The notes below the pieces were generated by a model. The model searched no databases. It was not told the origin of the DNA and saw only the letters and a list, made by a program, of their open reading frames with translations. 64,000 nt of DNA. Origin: Piromyces finnis finn. Taxonomy: Eukaryota > Fungi > Neocallimastigomycota. The translations under genes and the position numbers were made by a program. The DNA is taken from positions 160,177 through 224,176 of the forward strand of contig MCFH01000074.1 of NCBI GenBank assembly GCA_002104945.1, given 5' to 3'. Each line of letters opens with the position of its first letter. Position 1 is the first letter of the stretch. Positions 39,479 through 50,686 of this stretch are shown piece after piece.

Positions 39479-42400
39479 TTATAATTCCTCGTCTAGATTA
39501 ATTTCTGTTATATAAGGAATAACATTTTTTAAATGAATATTCCTTTCTGCAATTTCCTTTGTGATTGGATCACAAACGGTTACAGTATTTAATTCCCTTT
39601 TTACAATTTCTAAAGGTCCTGTAAAGAACGGGTCTAGTTTCCTCCTATTAAATACTTTTACAAGAATTAAGTCTCCAGGTTTGTAATCACTTTTCATTCT
39701 TTTAATTTGTTTACGGCGATCTTCCCATAGTCTATTTGCCGTTTCAATATTTTTTATAGCTTCTCTTATCCATTGATCATGAGTAATAAATTTCCGTAGC
39801 CAATATTCATCTTCATTTTCTAATTCATTCTTCTTTTCAATATTGATTGATAATTCGAAGGGTTGTAAATCTCTTCTTCCGTACAGTAGTTCAAAACTAC
39901 TGTGTTTCGTAACTTCACTTTTACATGTCCTTAAGGCCCAAAGTGCACTGTAAAGAGTTTCGTCCCATTCGTCATATTTTTCCCCTAATAGTCGTAAGTA
40001 TTTTCCTATTTCACGATTCCTATTTTCTACTTCACCATTAGATGCAGGGTGGTAAGTAGTAATGTAATGGACATAAACATCATGTAGGTCTAAGAAGGCT
40101 TTTGTTTTATCAGAAGTAAACTGCGGTCCGTTGTCCGTTACTAATATTTCAGGTATCCCATGTCTAGAAAAAACCTGTTTCAAGAATTTTATTACGTCTT
40201 CTGATTCAGCTGACTTTAAGGGTTCAGCTTCTACCCATTTAGTTAAGTAATCTACTAATACTATAATATATTTGTTTTTATTTTTTGTAATAGGTAGAGG
40301 ACCTATTAAATCTAAGCCTACTCTTGAAAATGGATAACTGGGAGGGGTAGCAATATCTTCTGAATATTTGTTTAATGATTGAGGCCTACAGGTTTGACAT
40401 CTATGGCAACACTTAATATAATTTATTATATCACTTTTCATATTTTTCCAATAATAACATTTTTTTAATCTATTATAGGTTTTATAAACACCTTCATGAC
40501 CAATCTGATGAGCATCCTTTATTAAATTTGCTTTCAGGTTAGTATCATCAATAATTTTTCTTAATATATCTCCTTGCTTATAGTATTTTGCATCATCCAG
40601 CTCAATAATTCTTGTATTTATAAATTCTCTCATATAATTATTAAGACTATCATTATCATTAGTATTATAAGTTATATTAATTGTTTCATAATTATCATTA
40701 TTATTATCATTTTTAGAGTTTTCTCCTTCTTTTACTGTATCCAGTCTTGATAATGCGTCTGCAATCACGTTTTTTCTCCCTTCCTCAAATTGAACTTCCA
40801 CGTTCAATATACTTAATTCAGTTACCCATTTGAGATGGCGACTATTGGTAGGTTCCCTTTTTTTAAATATACTAACCAACGGTTTGTGGTCAGTAATAAC
40901 AGTAGTAACCATTGAGTTACCTGTTATAAAAGATTTAAACTTTTTTACACAGTGAAATACAGCTTTACCTTCCAAGTCGGTAATGCTGTAATTAGCTTCA
41001 GAAGTTGACAAGGACCTACTTTCGAAATAAAGGGGAAGTTCATCGTTATTCTCGTTCTTTTGCAATAATACACCGCCTAAACCATCTCTTGAGGCGTCTG
41101 TCCTGATAATGAAAGGTTTGGAATAGTCTGGGGAGGAAAGAATAGGAGCTACCATTAACCGGTTTTTTAATTCTTCAAAAGAAATAGTACAATCATCAGT
41201 CCAAATGAAAGGTACGTCTTTTTTTAGTAAATTAAATAAAGGTTTAGCGATCTGAGCAAATTTGTTAATAAATTTTCTATAATATCCAATAGCTCCGAGG
41301 AAGGATTTTAATTGTGTTACATTTTTCGGTGGGACCCAATTATTAATAACACGTATTTTATCTGGAATTGGTGAGATACCATCAATTGTAAGTATATGAC
41401 CTAGTAGTTCAACTTTTGTTTTAAAGAAATCACATTTTTCAATATTAATTTTTAATTTGTTATTTAATAAAATTTGAAAGACTTTAGAAAGATGATTTAT
41501 GTGGGATTCAACTGAATCTGAGAAAATAACTAAATCATCTATGTACACGAACATGCAGGATCCGATAAGGTCAAAAAATATCCTGTTCATTTCACGCTGA
41601 AATGTAGCAGGGGCGTTACATAATCCAAAAGGCATGACCTTGAAGTTGTAATTGCCAAACATCGTGGTGAAAGAAGTTTTGTCTTTATCCTTGGGATCCA
41701 TAGGGATTTGATGATATCCCGAAAATAAATCAATAGTGGAAAGAATTTTTGAATTTTTATTAATAAAAGTAAGTATCTCGTCAATTAAAGGTAATGCATA
41801 AGAATCTTTTAATGTTATATTATTTAACTGACGATAATCAACACACATTCTCCATTTTCTATTCTTTTTAGGAACTAAAACCACAGGAGATGCCCAAGAA
41901 GAACTGGAAGGTTCAATCAATCGGTTTTTAATTAGCTTTGATAATTCACCTTTCAAAGCTTCCATTTGGGATTTAGAGAGTCTATAAGCACGTTGCTTAA
42001 TTGGTTGTGAATTTGGAATCAATTCAATTTTATGTGGAAATAAATTGGATCCACCTAAATCATCTGTACTAACAGCAATTACCTCCTTATACTTTTGGAA
42101 TAGTTCAACGGTTTCTGCTTTAACTTCAATCGGTACCGTATTAATTATTTCATTGATTAAATTTTCTTTTAAATTCACATTATTACCATTATTAAAATTA
42201 TCTACCTTATTGACAGTGATCGTTAATAGAATAGGTTCCTCGCATTCAGTAGTATTCTCATTCACAGTGGAGGTTGGTTGGATATCGTAAGTGAGGTCTG
42301 CTAATTTCAAGTAATTTCCATTATCATCAATATGATATAAACAATCACTCACTAAATTAATATCAAATCTATTTCTTTTTAACGAATCTACACCAAGTAA

Positions 42401-42495
42401 TATATCAAATAGATCATCCTTCTCAATTACCCTAAAGTAGTCGTTGAAAGTAATATTACCAATGGAAATGTTTAAATCATAAATCTCAGTATCCA
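39479..42495 (-). CDS. G pol, 3' part (protease end, RT, RNase H, integrase)
   Basis: RT YIDD, RNase H TDAS..., integrase HHCC/D,D35E, ends HLKNVIPYITEINLDEEL with no chromodomain. Joins 55880-57160 across the D insertion (NSVMD-TEIYDL). Confidence 0.92.
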
Positions 42496-43024
42496 TGCAA
42501 TGAATACTGTAAAAGGTTTATTATAATATTAGTTAATAGGTTATTAAATTAGTTAATTAAGTTAGTTATTACCTCTCTATACGAGTTAATAACTAAATAA
42601 AGTTTTATAAAAAATAATAAAAGAAGGAAAATAAATATTATAACACTAAAATAAATATAAACACTTATATAAATATTTTATGAAATAACTTTTACTTAAA
42701 TAATTATATTTTAATTATATCTTTTATTTATTAATTATAATTATCTACATTAATTATTATTATAGTTATTAATTTACTTTAATACTAACGCTAAAGTATT
42801 TAACGTTAGTTTTGACTATACTATTTAACTATATGAGTTTATTTTCTTTACCACTTGATTGGGTAAAGCAAATAAACTTCCTATTTAATTAATAACCATT
42901 AATATATGGTTATGCATATATTTGGCCAATAAATGGTGACCAGAATATATGGTTTCAATTGAAATATTTGTGGGCAAACTTATGGCCACAAATATTTCTT
43001 ACAATGCCCCCCTAAGGAGAAAAC

Positions 43025-46000
43025 CTAGGCAGGGTTTTGGACACTAACCATGAATTCCTGGTAGCATTTATCTTGAAATTCCTTGAGTAGCTTATCATAG
43101 TGGGAGTTCTTGTCAATGATATCGGCATCAACCCACTCTTGTCTAAAGTCACTAAAGGTAGCTAAGTATTGGTAGTTATCCTTCTTTCTTCTGGCATTCA
43201 TGATTTTGATAATTTTCTGGTAGCCCACTGGTGCAGGTGTTAGTTCTTCAGGTTTGTTATGGTAGGGTTCAAGTTCACTGATGTGAAACACAGGGTAGAC
43301 ATTGGGGAAAGGTGACTTGCTGATATCTAACCGGTAGTTGAGCTTGCTTTCATCAATTCCAATAACCTTGAAGGGACCGTACTTTCTTGCTTGTAGCTTG
43401 TAGAAGGGAAGAGGGTTGTAATTTTCTGGTTTTCTTAACCACACCAAATCCAGGAGCCTAATTTTAGGGTAGTTAAGTTCTCTTCTATGGTCCAAATGGT
43501 CTAAGAACCGTGTTCTTGATATGTCCAACATGTGCTTTAAGTTACCTAAGTTGTGAGCGAAGCTATCTAATATAGGAGCTTCACCAAGTGAGTGGACAAG
43601 TTCTGAGTCTTGAGGGTTCATATGTACCTGGTAGTTATACAAGGCTAGGAATGGGGACTGCTTAGTAGAACTGTGCACTGCATTATTATAACAGAACTCA
43701 GCTAAGTACAAGTACTTCAACCATTCGTCGTCATCAAAGGTCTTCACAAAGCATCTAAGGTACATACTTACGTAGGAGTTGTTACGTTCTACCTGACCAA
43801 CTGTTTCATGATGGCCAGTAGTAGCAAGGTTTACTTCTACGCCAAAGAACCCCATAATGTCCTTCCACAACTTACTAGTGAACTGGACACCACGATCCGT
43901 AGTAACCGATCTGGGACAACCATGTAACTTGAATACATGTTGTAAGTATGCTAAGGCTGTCTCTTTAGCAGTAGGCATACTCCTAAATCCCACTAAGTGT
44001 ATCATCTTGGTTAACTTATCGCTACAAACCATGATACAACCTCTTCTAGTGACTTCTGGGGGTTCTGAGGGACTACTACCTGGTTTTCTACGTTCCTTAA
44101 TAGGTAGGTCCGTCAGGAAGTCAATTTCTACTTCTTGCCAAGGTAAGTCTGTAACTTTTACCCTAGCAGCGCTACCGTACGGCTTGTGTCTGTTGTCCTT
44201 TTGGGTACAACATATGGTACAAGCTTTAATATATCCCGCAATGTCATCCTTCATTTTTGGCCAGTAGTAGTTTCTGGCTATCAGGTCATAAGTTTTATCT
44301 TTTCCCAGATGACCTGCTGTTTCACTATCGTGGTTAAGTTTTATGATTGTTTCCCTTAACACCTTTGGTACATATGTACGTTCTGGTGCATCCTTTCTAA
44401 CAATCAACCCATTAACCATCAACCACTTCTTTTTGATGAGCTTGTGGCCTCGTTTTGCGTCAAGACCATCTCTAATTTCCCTAGCAAGCTCATCCGTGTT
44501 GTAAGCTTGTTTCAGTTCTCCCACAAAGCTTACTTCTAACACCGCATAGCACTCTTCTTCCACGGGTGGAAATTCTTTTACCTGTTCAGGTCGAAGGAGG
44601 CTAGCTTTTTCCATCTCCAGTTGTACCTGTTCTGGAGATACCATTCTTGATAGGATATCGGCTCTACCATTCATTTTCCCTGGCCGATATATTATTTCGA
44701 AGTTGTATGCAGCAAACAGCTCTTGCCATCTTGCCTGTCTTGCTGTCAACAACTGTGGTTTTGTGGCGAACAGGAGATTCCTATGGTCACTATATACTAG
44801 GACCTTATGTTTCGCACCCATTAACAGGTGTCGCCACTCGATGAAAGCATTCCTAATAGCCAACAACTCCTTTTCCGTGATGGAGTAGTTGATTTCTGCT
44901 TTCGTAAGCTTCTTGGAATAGTAATACACAGGGTGTAATTCGTTGTCATCGCCTAGTTGTGATAGTACACCACCCACCGCGTAGTTACTAGCGTCGCACT
45001 CCACTATGAACTGACGGTCATGGTCAGGATATGCTAATACTGGTGGAGACAACAGCATTTCTTTTAACTTCTCGAACGCCTGGATGCGTTCTTCATTCCA
45101 CAGGAACTGTACCTTTTTGGACGTCATAGCATATAACGGCCTTGCTATCTTAGAGAAGTCCTTTATAAACTTCCTATAATAGTTGCAGAATCCAAGGAAT
45201 GACTGTAGTTCTTTAATGTTGGTTGGTTGTGGCCAACTTGCTACAGCTTTTAACTTTTCTGGGTCGGTTTTAATACCATATTTTCCAACTACATGACCCA
45301 GGAATGCAAGTTCTTCCTTGTGGAACTCACACTTCGCCAACTTAGCTACTAGACGATTATCTATTAGCTTTTGTAGGACTCTTTTTACATGCCCTACATG
45401 CTCTTCAAGTGACTTGGAGTAGATGATGATATCATCCAAGTACACTTGACAGCAATCATTGATTTCCTCTGCCAGCACCGTATTAATGAACCCTTGGAAC
45501 GTGGCAGGAGCATTAGTCAACCCAAATGGCATCACTAGATATTCATAATGCCCAAACTTGGTTGAGAATGCCGTCTTGTATTCGTCACCTTCACGAATAC
45601 GCACGAGGTTGTAGGCAGACTTCAAATCCAACTTGGAGAAGATAGTCGCGCCTTTCATAGCCTCAAACACTTGACTGATGAGTGGTAAGGGAAAGGAGTT
45701 ACGCACTGTTACCTTATTAAGACGCCTATAATCAGTACATAATCGTCTTTCACCACTCTTTTTGGGCACGAATAACACAGGATAACCTGCAGGACTTTCT
45801 GACTTCCTGATGAAGCCTTTTGCCAGGTTTTCCTCTATATATTCCTTCAGTGCTTTTTCCTCTTCTGGATTGAAGGGATATATAGGCCCTTTATGAAGAC
45901 TAGCATCCGGCTCCAGGTCGATCTTACAGTCGTAAGGACGGTGTTCTGGTAGCTGGTTAGCTATTTCTTCATTAAATGCTTCTTTGAAATTGTGGTAGTA

Positions 46001-48565
46001 CTTCTCCACGATTTCTTCAGGTGTGGGTTGATTTTCGTTTAAGTTTTCTCCCTGTACCAACCCTACGTAAATGTGATTTTTCTCTAAGTTCGACTCTTGT
46101 ACCAACCCTACTGAAACACAAGTTTTTTTTAAGTTGGATTCAAATGTCAACCCTCCGGAATCACATTTTTTCTCTAAGTCAACACTCTGTACCAACCCTA
46201 CTGAAACGGGATTTTTCTCTAAGTCAGAACTTCGTGTCAACCCTCCGGAAACACAAGTTTTCTCTAAGTTGGAACTCGATGCCAACCCTCCGGAACTTCC
46301 GTTTCTGGTTTCTTTTGTAGCCTTGTGGCTACCATTGCCCACGATTTCGGCTTCAATGTTTTCTGCGGTTACAGTTACCAGAGGCCTTCTTGCTTTTGCA
46401 TTAGTAACTGTATTTATGGGACTTAATTGAGTACAGTAGTAGATGTCACCACCATTCACACCATAACTGTTGGTATGTCCTTTATCCTTATCATTATCTA
46501 CTACGAAGTACCTCACTTGTGCATCTTTATCGTAACCTCTGTAGATAAAGTGCTCATCCATGAAGCCCAGTCCCACAATGATCATCTCCGGCATGTTGTC
46601 GGATAGGTGACAACTTGTGTTGAAGCAGTATGGTTTAGCTTCTTGTTCGCCAGATGGAGTTAACCATAACTTCAACTGCAAGTCATCTGAGAACTGCTTT
46701 AACTCGATATCTCCATTCACAGTTCTGAATATGGCTGGTTTGTCCACTACCTTTAACCCGAGCTTCTTTGCCAAATTTGGATGAATGAGGTTTGTAGTGG
46801 AACCAGTATCATACAAGACTTCTACCCTTTTTATATCTCGAGGGTTGCTTCTTGCATTTATTTCAGCTACTAATTGGTTCTGACTGTAGTAGCTGTTATT
46901 AACCGTCGTTTGACTTGCCATAGCCTTAGGTAATGGGTTATTTCCCATACTAGAAGGTCCTTGCCTTGGTTGGAAGCTAGAACTTCTTCTAAAGCTTGAC
47001 TTGTTTAATGATTCACGACGTTCTTTAATACCGTTATTGTTTTTTGCGTAAGCCTGAGTGTTGGTCTGCTCAACTTTAGGCTTATTATTTGGCTTGTTGT
47101 TCTTCTGCTTTAACTCAGCCCATCTAGATGGTCTACATGGGTCTGTGATGTCCAACAAGGCCATAATAGTGGTCTGGCGGTCTCTTTTGTCGTACTTTTC
47201 TATGGTTTCATTACGGAAGACTGCTTGGTGATCATCGCACTTTAACAAGACTTCACTTAATGTTTCCAGCGTACGTTCCTGTTCAGGGATATCATAGAAC
47301 GCTTCCCTGACAGAAGGCCTGACCTGTTGTATTAACACCTGTCTCCTAACATTTTCAGGAAGCCCAAGTGTTTCCGTCAATTCATTGAACTCTTCCAAGT
47401 AGTCGTATGCTTTTCCCCACTCATGTGTGAGTTTAAGCAACTTTGACTTGCAGAGTTCATGGGGAGACTCTGGTGGAAACTTATCTTGAAGGTGGAGGAA
47501 TAGTCTTTCAGCATCAGGATTCCTACGCTGCAGCGTCCTCTCTCTAAGTCTATACCATCTCAATACTTTACCACCTAGATGATCTTCAATGAAGCTAACC
47601 TTTGCCTTTTCGTCGTTACCATAGTCATATGGATAACGTTTGAAATGACGTAAGCACTTCTCTTGAAAACCCTCTAAGTCTATCCCATTATTATCAAACA
47701 TAGGCACTTTTTCTTCATACCTATGTACTCGCCAGTCGAACATCTTCACGTCCCCATCCTCGGAGTATTCCGTAGGGTTGGTGCTGCTACTAGTTCCAGC
47801 ACCATGAGGATTACCCGTACCACCGGTTTGATAGGATGTTCTTTCATGAGCTCTGGCTTCAGCTCTTCTGTTCATGGCTTCGACTTTAGCCTCGAACAAT
47901 TTTTCTCTTTCTTCTAGAGCGTTTCGTTGCTCCCTCAATCTGGCCATCTCTTCTTCAAGCTCTTTTTTATAAGAGACAAAGGCACTAGATTGACGGTACA
48001 ACGTTTCTTGGTTGTTTAGCACTTGCTGGTGGTCTTGTAACCTTTCCTCATGTTCTGCAGTAAAGGCATTTTCCACAGCATGCAGCTCTTCCAAGCTAAC
48101 TTGGCTAGCTGACTCATTTGCTTCCAACCTTTGATCCACTTCAACAAATTTTTGCTGAAGAGCATCGTTTATCTCGCTCTTGTAAACCTCAATACCCCGC
48201 AGTTGTTCTTCCATAGCACCCAGACGGTTTCCCATACTAGCAAACTGGCTAGATATTTCCGAAACCCATCTATTAAGAAGAACCTCAATGTGTTGCATTG
48301 GGTTTACCTCACTATTATTAGTAAAAAAGAAAGAAGGATCAACAGGGGCGGGCATAGAATCCCCCTGTTGAACCTGTAAATTCTGATTAGATTCGACCTC
48401 AGTGCTTTCGAGAAGCACCGGGGTTCGAACCCGTGACATTCCCTCTACACCATCCATGCCATCCGCGCTCGCCGCGTCAGGACGGGTCCCGTCCCTTACG
48501 AATGATGTTTTTGTGTCCAATTTATGGACACCCCGAGGGTTAGGCGACTTACCTGCGTTTTTCAT
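43025..48565 (-). CDS. C Gag-Pol polyprotein (1846 aa) with degenerate chromodomain-like tail
   Basis: Coiled-coil-like N-terminus, protease LYDTGS, 15-aa repeats, RT YLDD, RNase H, integrase HHCC/D,D35E/YGPF, C-terminal YQYLATFSDFRQEWVD. Confidence 0.95.
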   Translation of the reverse strand: MKNAGKSPNPRGVHKLDTKTSFVRDGTRPDAASADGMDGVEGMSRVRTPVLLESTEVESNQNLQVQQGDSMPAPVDPSFFFTNNSEVNPMQHIEVLLNRWVSEISSQFASMGNRLGAMEEQLRGIEVYKSEINDALQQKFVEVDQRLEANESASQVSLEELHAVENAFTAEHEERLQDHQQVLNNQETLYRQSSAFVSYKKELEEEMARLREQRNALEEREKLFEAKVEAMNRRAEARAHERTSYQTGGTGNPHGAGTSSSTNPTEYSEDGDVKMFDWRVHRYEEKVPMFDNNGIDLEGFQEKCLRHFKRYPYDYGNDEKAKVSFIEDHLGGKVLRWYRLRERTLQRRNPDAERLFLHLQDKFPPESPHELCKSKLLKLTHEWGKAYDYLEEFNELTETLGLPENVRRQVLIQQVRPSVREAFYDIPEQERTLETLSEVLLKCDDHQAVFRNETIEKYDKRDRQTTIMALLDITDPCRPSRWAELKQKNNKPNNKPKVEQTNTQAYAKNNNGIKERRESLNKSSFRRSSSFQPRQGPSSMGNNPLPKAMASQTTVNNSYYSQNQLVAEINARSNPRDIKRVEVLYDTGSTTNLIHPNLAKKLGLKVVDKPAIFRTVNGDIELKQFSDDLQLKLWLTPSGEQEAKPYCFNTSCHLSDNMPEMIIVGLGFMDEHFIYRGYDKDAQVRYFVVDNDKDKGHTNSYGVNGGDIYYCTQLSPINTVTNAKARRPLVTVTAENIEAEIVGNGSHKATKETRNGSSGGLASSSNLEKTCVSGGLTRSSDLEKNPVSVGLVQSVDLEKKCDSGGLTFESNLKKTCVSVGLVQESNLEKNHIYVGLVQGENLNENQPTPEEIVEKYYHNFKEAFNEEIANQLPEHRPYDCKIDLEPDASLHKGPIYPFNPEEEKALKEYIEENLAKGFIRKSESPAGYPVLFVPKKSGERRLCTDYRRLNKVTVRNSFPLPLISQVFEAMKGATIFSKLDLKSAYNLVRIREGDEYKTAFSTKFGHYEYLVMPFGLTNAPATFQGFINTVLAEEINDCCQVYLDDIIIYSKSLEEHVGHVKRVLQKLIDNRLVAKLAKCEFHKEELAFLGHVVGKYGIKTDPEKLKAVASWPQPTNIKELQSFLGFCNYYRKFIKDFSKIARPLYAMTSKKVQFLWNEERIQAFEKLKEMLLSPPVLAYPDHDRQFIVECDASNYAVGGVLSQLGDDNELHPVYYYSKKLTKAEINYSITEKELLAIRNAFIEWRHLLMGAKHKVLVYSDHRNLLFATKPQLLTARQARWQELFAAYNFEIIYRPGKMNGRADILSRMVSPEQVQLEMEKASLLRPEQVKEFPPVEEECYAVLEVSFVGELKQAYNTDELAREIRDGLDAKRGHKLIKKKWLMVNGLIVRKDAPERTYVPKVLRETIIKLNHDSETAGHLGKDKTYDLIARNYYWPKMKDDIAGYIKACTICCTQKDNRHKPYGSAARVKVTDLPWQEVEIDFLTDLPIKERRKPGSSPSEPPEVTRRGCIMVCSDKLTKMIHLVGFRSMPTAKETALAYLQHVFKLHGCPRSVTTDRGVQFTSKLWKDIMGFFGVEVNLATTGHHETVGQVERNNSYVSMYLRCFVKTFDDDEWLKYLYLAEFCYNNAVHSSTKQSPFLALYNYQVHMNPQDSELVHSLGEAPILDSFAHNLGNLKHMLDISRTRFLDHLDHRRELNYPKIRLLDLVWLRKPENYNPLPFYKLQARKYGPFKVIGIDESKLNYRLDISKSPFPNVYPVFHISELEPYHNKPEELTPAPVGYQKIIKIMNARRKKDNYQYLATFSDFRQEWVDADIIDKNSHYDKLLKEFQDKCYQEFMVSVQNPA
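46035..46300 (-). repeat. 45-bp (15-aa) tandem repeat, 6 units, in C pol between protease and RT
   Basis: (A/G)(C/T)CAACCCT(A/C) recurs at 46056, 46101, 46146, 46191, 46236 and 46281. Protein consensus about S(G/V)GL(V/T)xxS(N/D)LEKxxV. Confidence 0.92.
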
Positions 48566-49383
48566 TTCTAATTCGAAAATAAATTCTTTTAATAAATTAA
48601 AGAATTTATTATATAAAATATGGTTATAATGAATTTTAAAATTTAAAAATAATGAATTTTTAATGCTAAACTATTAAAAAATAATTATTTTTAATAATAA
48701 ATTTACTTCTTTTAAATATAATATTTGAATATTATATAAAATATTGTAAATAATTATTATTAAACAATAATTTAAATAAAATAAAATATGTTTTTTAAGA
48801 ATTTTTTAATAACACTAACCTAATTAAAACTAAGCTAACGTAAGAACTAACTATAAAGCGTTAGTATTGTAAAAGGTTTATTATAATATTAGTTAATAGG
48901 TTATTAAATTAGTTAATTAAGTTAGTTATTACCTCTCTATACGAGTTAATAACTAAATAAAGTTTTATAAAAAATAATAAAAGAAGGAAAATAAATATTA
49001 TAACACTAAAATAAATATAAACACTTATATAAATATTTTATGAAATAACTTTTACTTAAATAATTATATTTTAATTATATCTTTTATTTATTAATTATAA
49101 TTATCTACATTAATTATTATTATAGTTATTAATTTACTTTAATACTAACGCTAAAGTATTTAACGTTAGTTTTGACTATACTATTTAACTATATGAGTTT
49201 ATTTTCTTTACCACTTGATTGGGTAAAGCAAATAAACTTCCTATTTAATTAATAACCATTAATATATGGTTATGCATATATTTGGCCAATAAATGGTGAC
49301 CAGAATATATGGTTTCAATTGAAATATTTGTGGGCAAACTTATGGCCACAAATATTTCTTACAAATACTAGAAATAACTAAAT

Positions 49384-49454
49384 TGTCTTAGTGGTTAGTA
49401 GCTAAGACTTTGAGTCTGAATGACACTAGTTCGAGACCTCATAGATACTATTTT
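49384..49454 (+). promoter_or_regulatory. Putative Pol III type-2 (tRNA-like) promoter inside LTR D; second copy at 55468-55521
   Basis: A-box-like TGTCTTAGTGG (49384-49394, one mismatch to TRGYNNARNGG), B-box GTTCGAGAC (49429-49437), start-to-start spacing 45 nt, TTTT at 49451-49454. No acceptor stem, so it is not a tRNA. Confidence 0.6.
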
Positions 49455-50686
49455 AAAAAAATTATAATTTTATTTTATTTTATTTTATTTTTAAATTTTA
49501 TTTTATATGAAGATTATTGATTGGTTAAGAATTTTAAGTTGAAAAAATTTTATAAATTAATTTAAAAAATTTTTAGTATAAATACGAGTGAATTTTCCCA
49601 AATATTTTAAAGAATCGAGATTTTATTAATAAATAATTATATTATTAAACACTAACTTATTAAGTTAAATTCTATGTGTTTTTAATGATATTTTTATAAA
49701 TTAATAATTTACAGAATATTTTAAAGTGTTAATATTACTAAGTTATTTAGTAAATATTATAATTTGTTTTATTGTTAAAGACACATTTCTTTACAATAAA
49801 ATCTCCTTATAATATAAAAGCTTAATACCTTAGTGTTTAAGAAATTGTTATAGATAAAACTTTTAAGTTTTATTGTTGAAGCTTTTCTTTAAAGAAATAT
49901 TTTTACTTAAAGTAGTAGAATTAGTACGCTTTAGAAGCGGTATATAATTCAAACTATAAAAAGTAAAAGATTAACGGGATCGAGTTTAACCTGTACAATA
50001 ATTGGGTTGGCAGGCTCTGAGCTATTCTACTTTGAATAAGGAAGTAGGAGAATCCGAGGTACACCACGTACAAGACGCTGTAATAAGCAAGCTGGCGTGA
50101 GATTTATAGTTGTATACTATCTTTTGCTGTTTGATTATAGACCGGAAAATAGCCGGAAATGCCTTACTTTAATAAAATAATATTTCTTAATTAATACATT
50201 TTAAAATTAAGTTTTCTAATAAAACAATTTCTAATTTTTAATTATAATTATTAATTGTTAAGACAATTTATTAAAATTGTAATAATATAAAATAATATTC
50301 TTTATAACTCCTTTAGCGTGAGAAGTTAAACTCTTATACATAATACTTCTACGTTCGGATAAGGTTGATATAGGGAAAGAAAACCTGTAATAATTTTTAT
50401 TGCTAACAATAAGTTAGACACTAAAAAAAATTTTTACACCGTTCCTTTCTTTTATTAATTTAATTAATATTAACAATCGACTTTATACGTGTTATCGTGA
50501 AGAGCTACGAAGGACTTATTATAAAGAATAAAACAGGTTATATATTTGATGGTTTAACACTATATAATCTGGTTTGTATTATTATTTAATAAAAAGATTT
50601 ACTCAATTAATAAATATAATTAAATACTTTATTCTATTATTTTTACAAATTTATTAAAGCTTATTAAAGAAAACATCATAAGTACT

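Larger units (their letters stand above)
42508..49363 (-). mobile_element. Apparently intact Ty3/gypsy element C
   Basis: Two 496-bp LTRs (42508-43003, 48868-49363) with no difference seen. TSD AATAC. PPT AGGGGGG at about 43007-43013. Single 1846-aa ORF. Confidence 0.97.

Noticed and set aside
48418-48433. B-box-like palindrome CGGGGTTCGAACCCG in C
   Set aside because: It lies inside the gag coding frame (SRVRTP), has no suitably spaced A-box, and is probably chance.
49377-49445. Calling the LTR D/E cassette a tRNA gene
   Set aside because: No acceptor stem, anticodon stem or T-stem pairing. Only the promoter-like boxes and an A-box hairpin are present.
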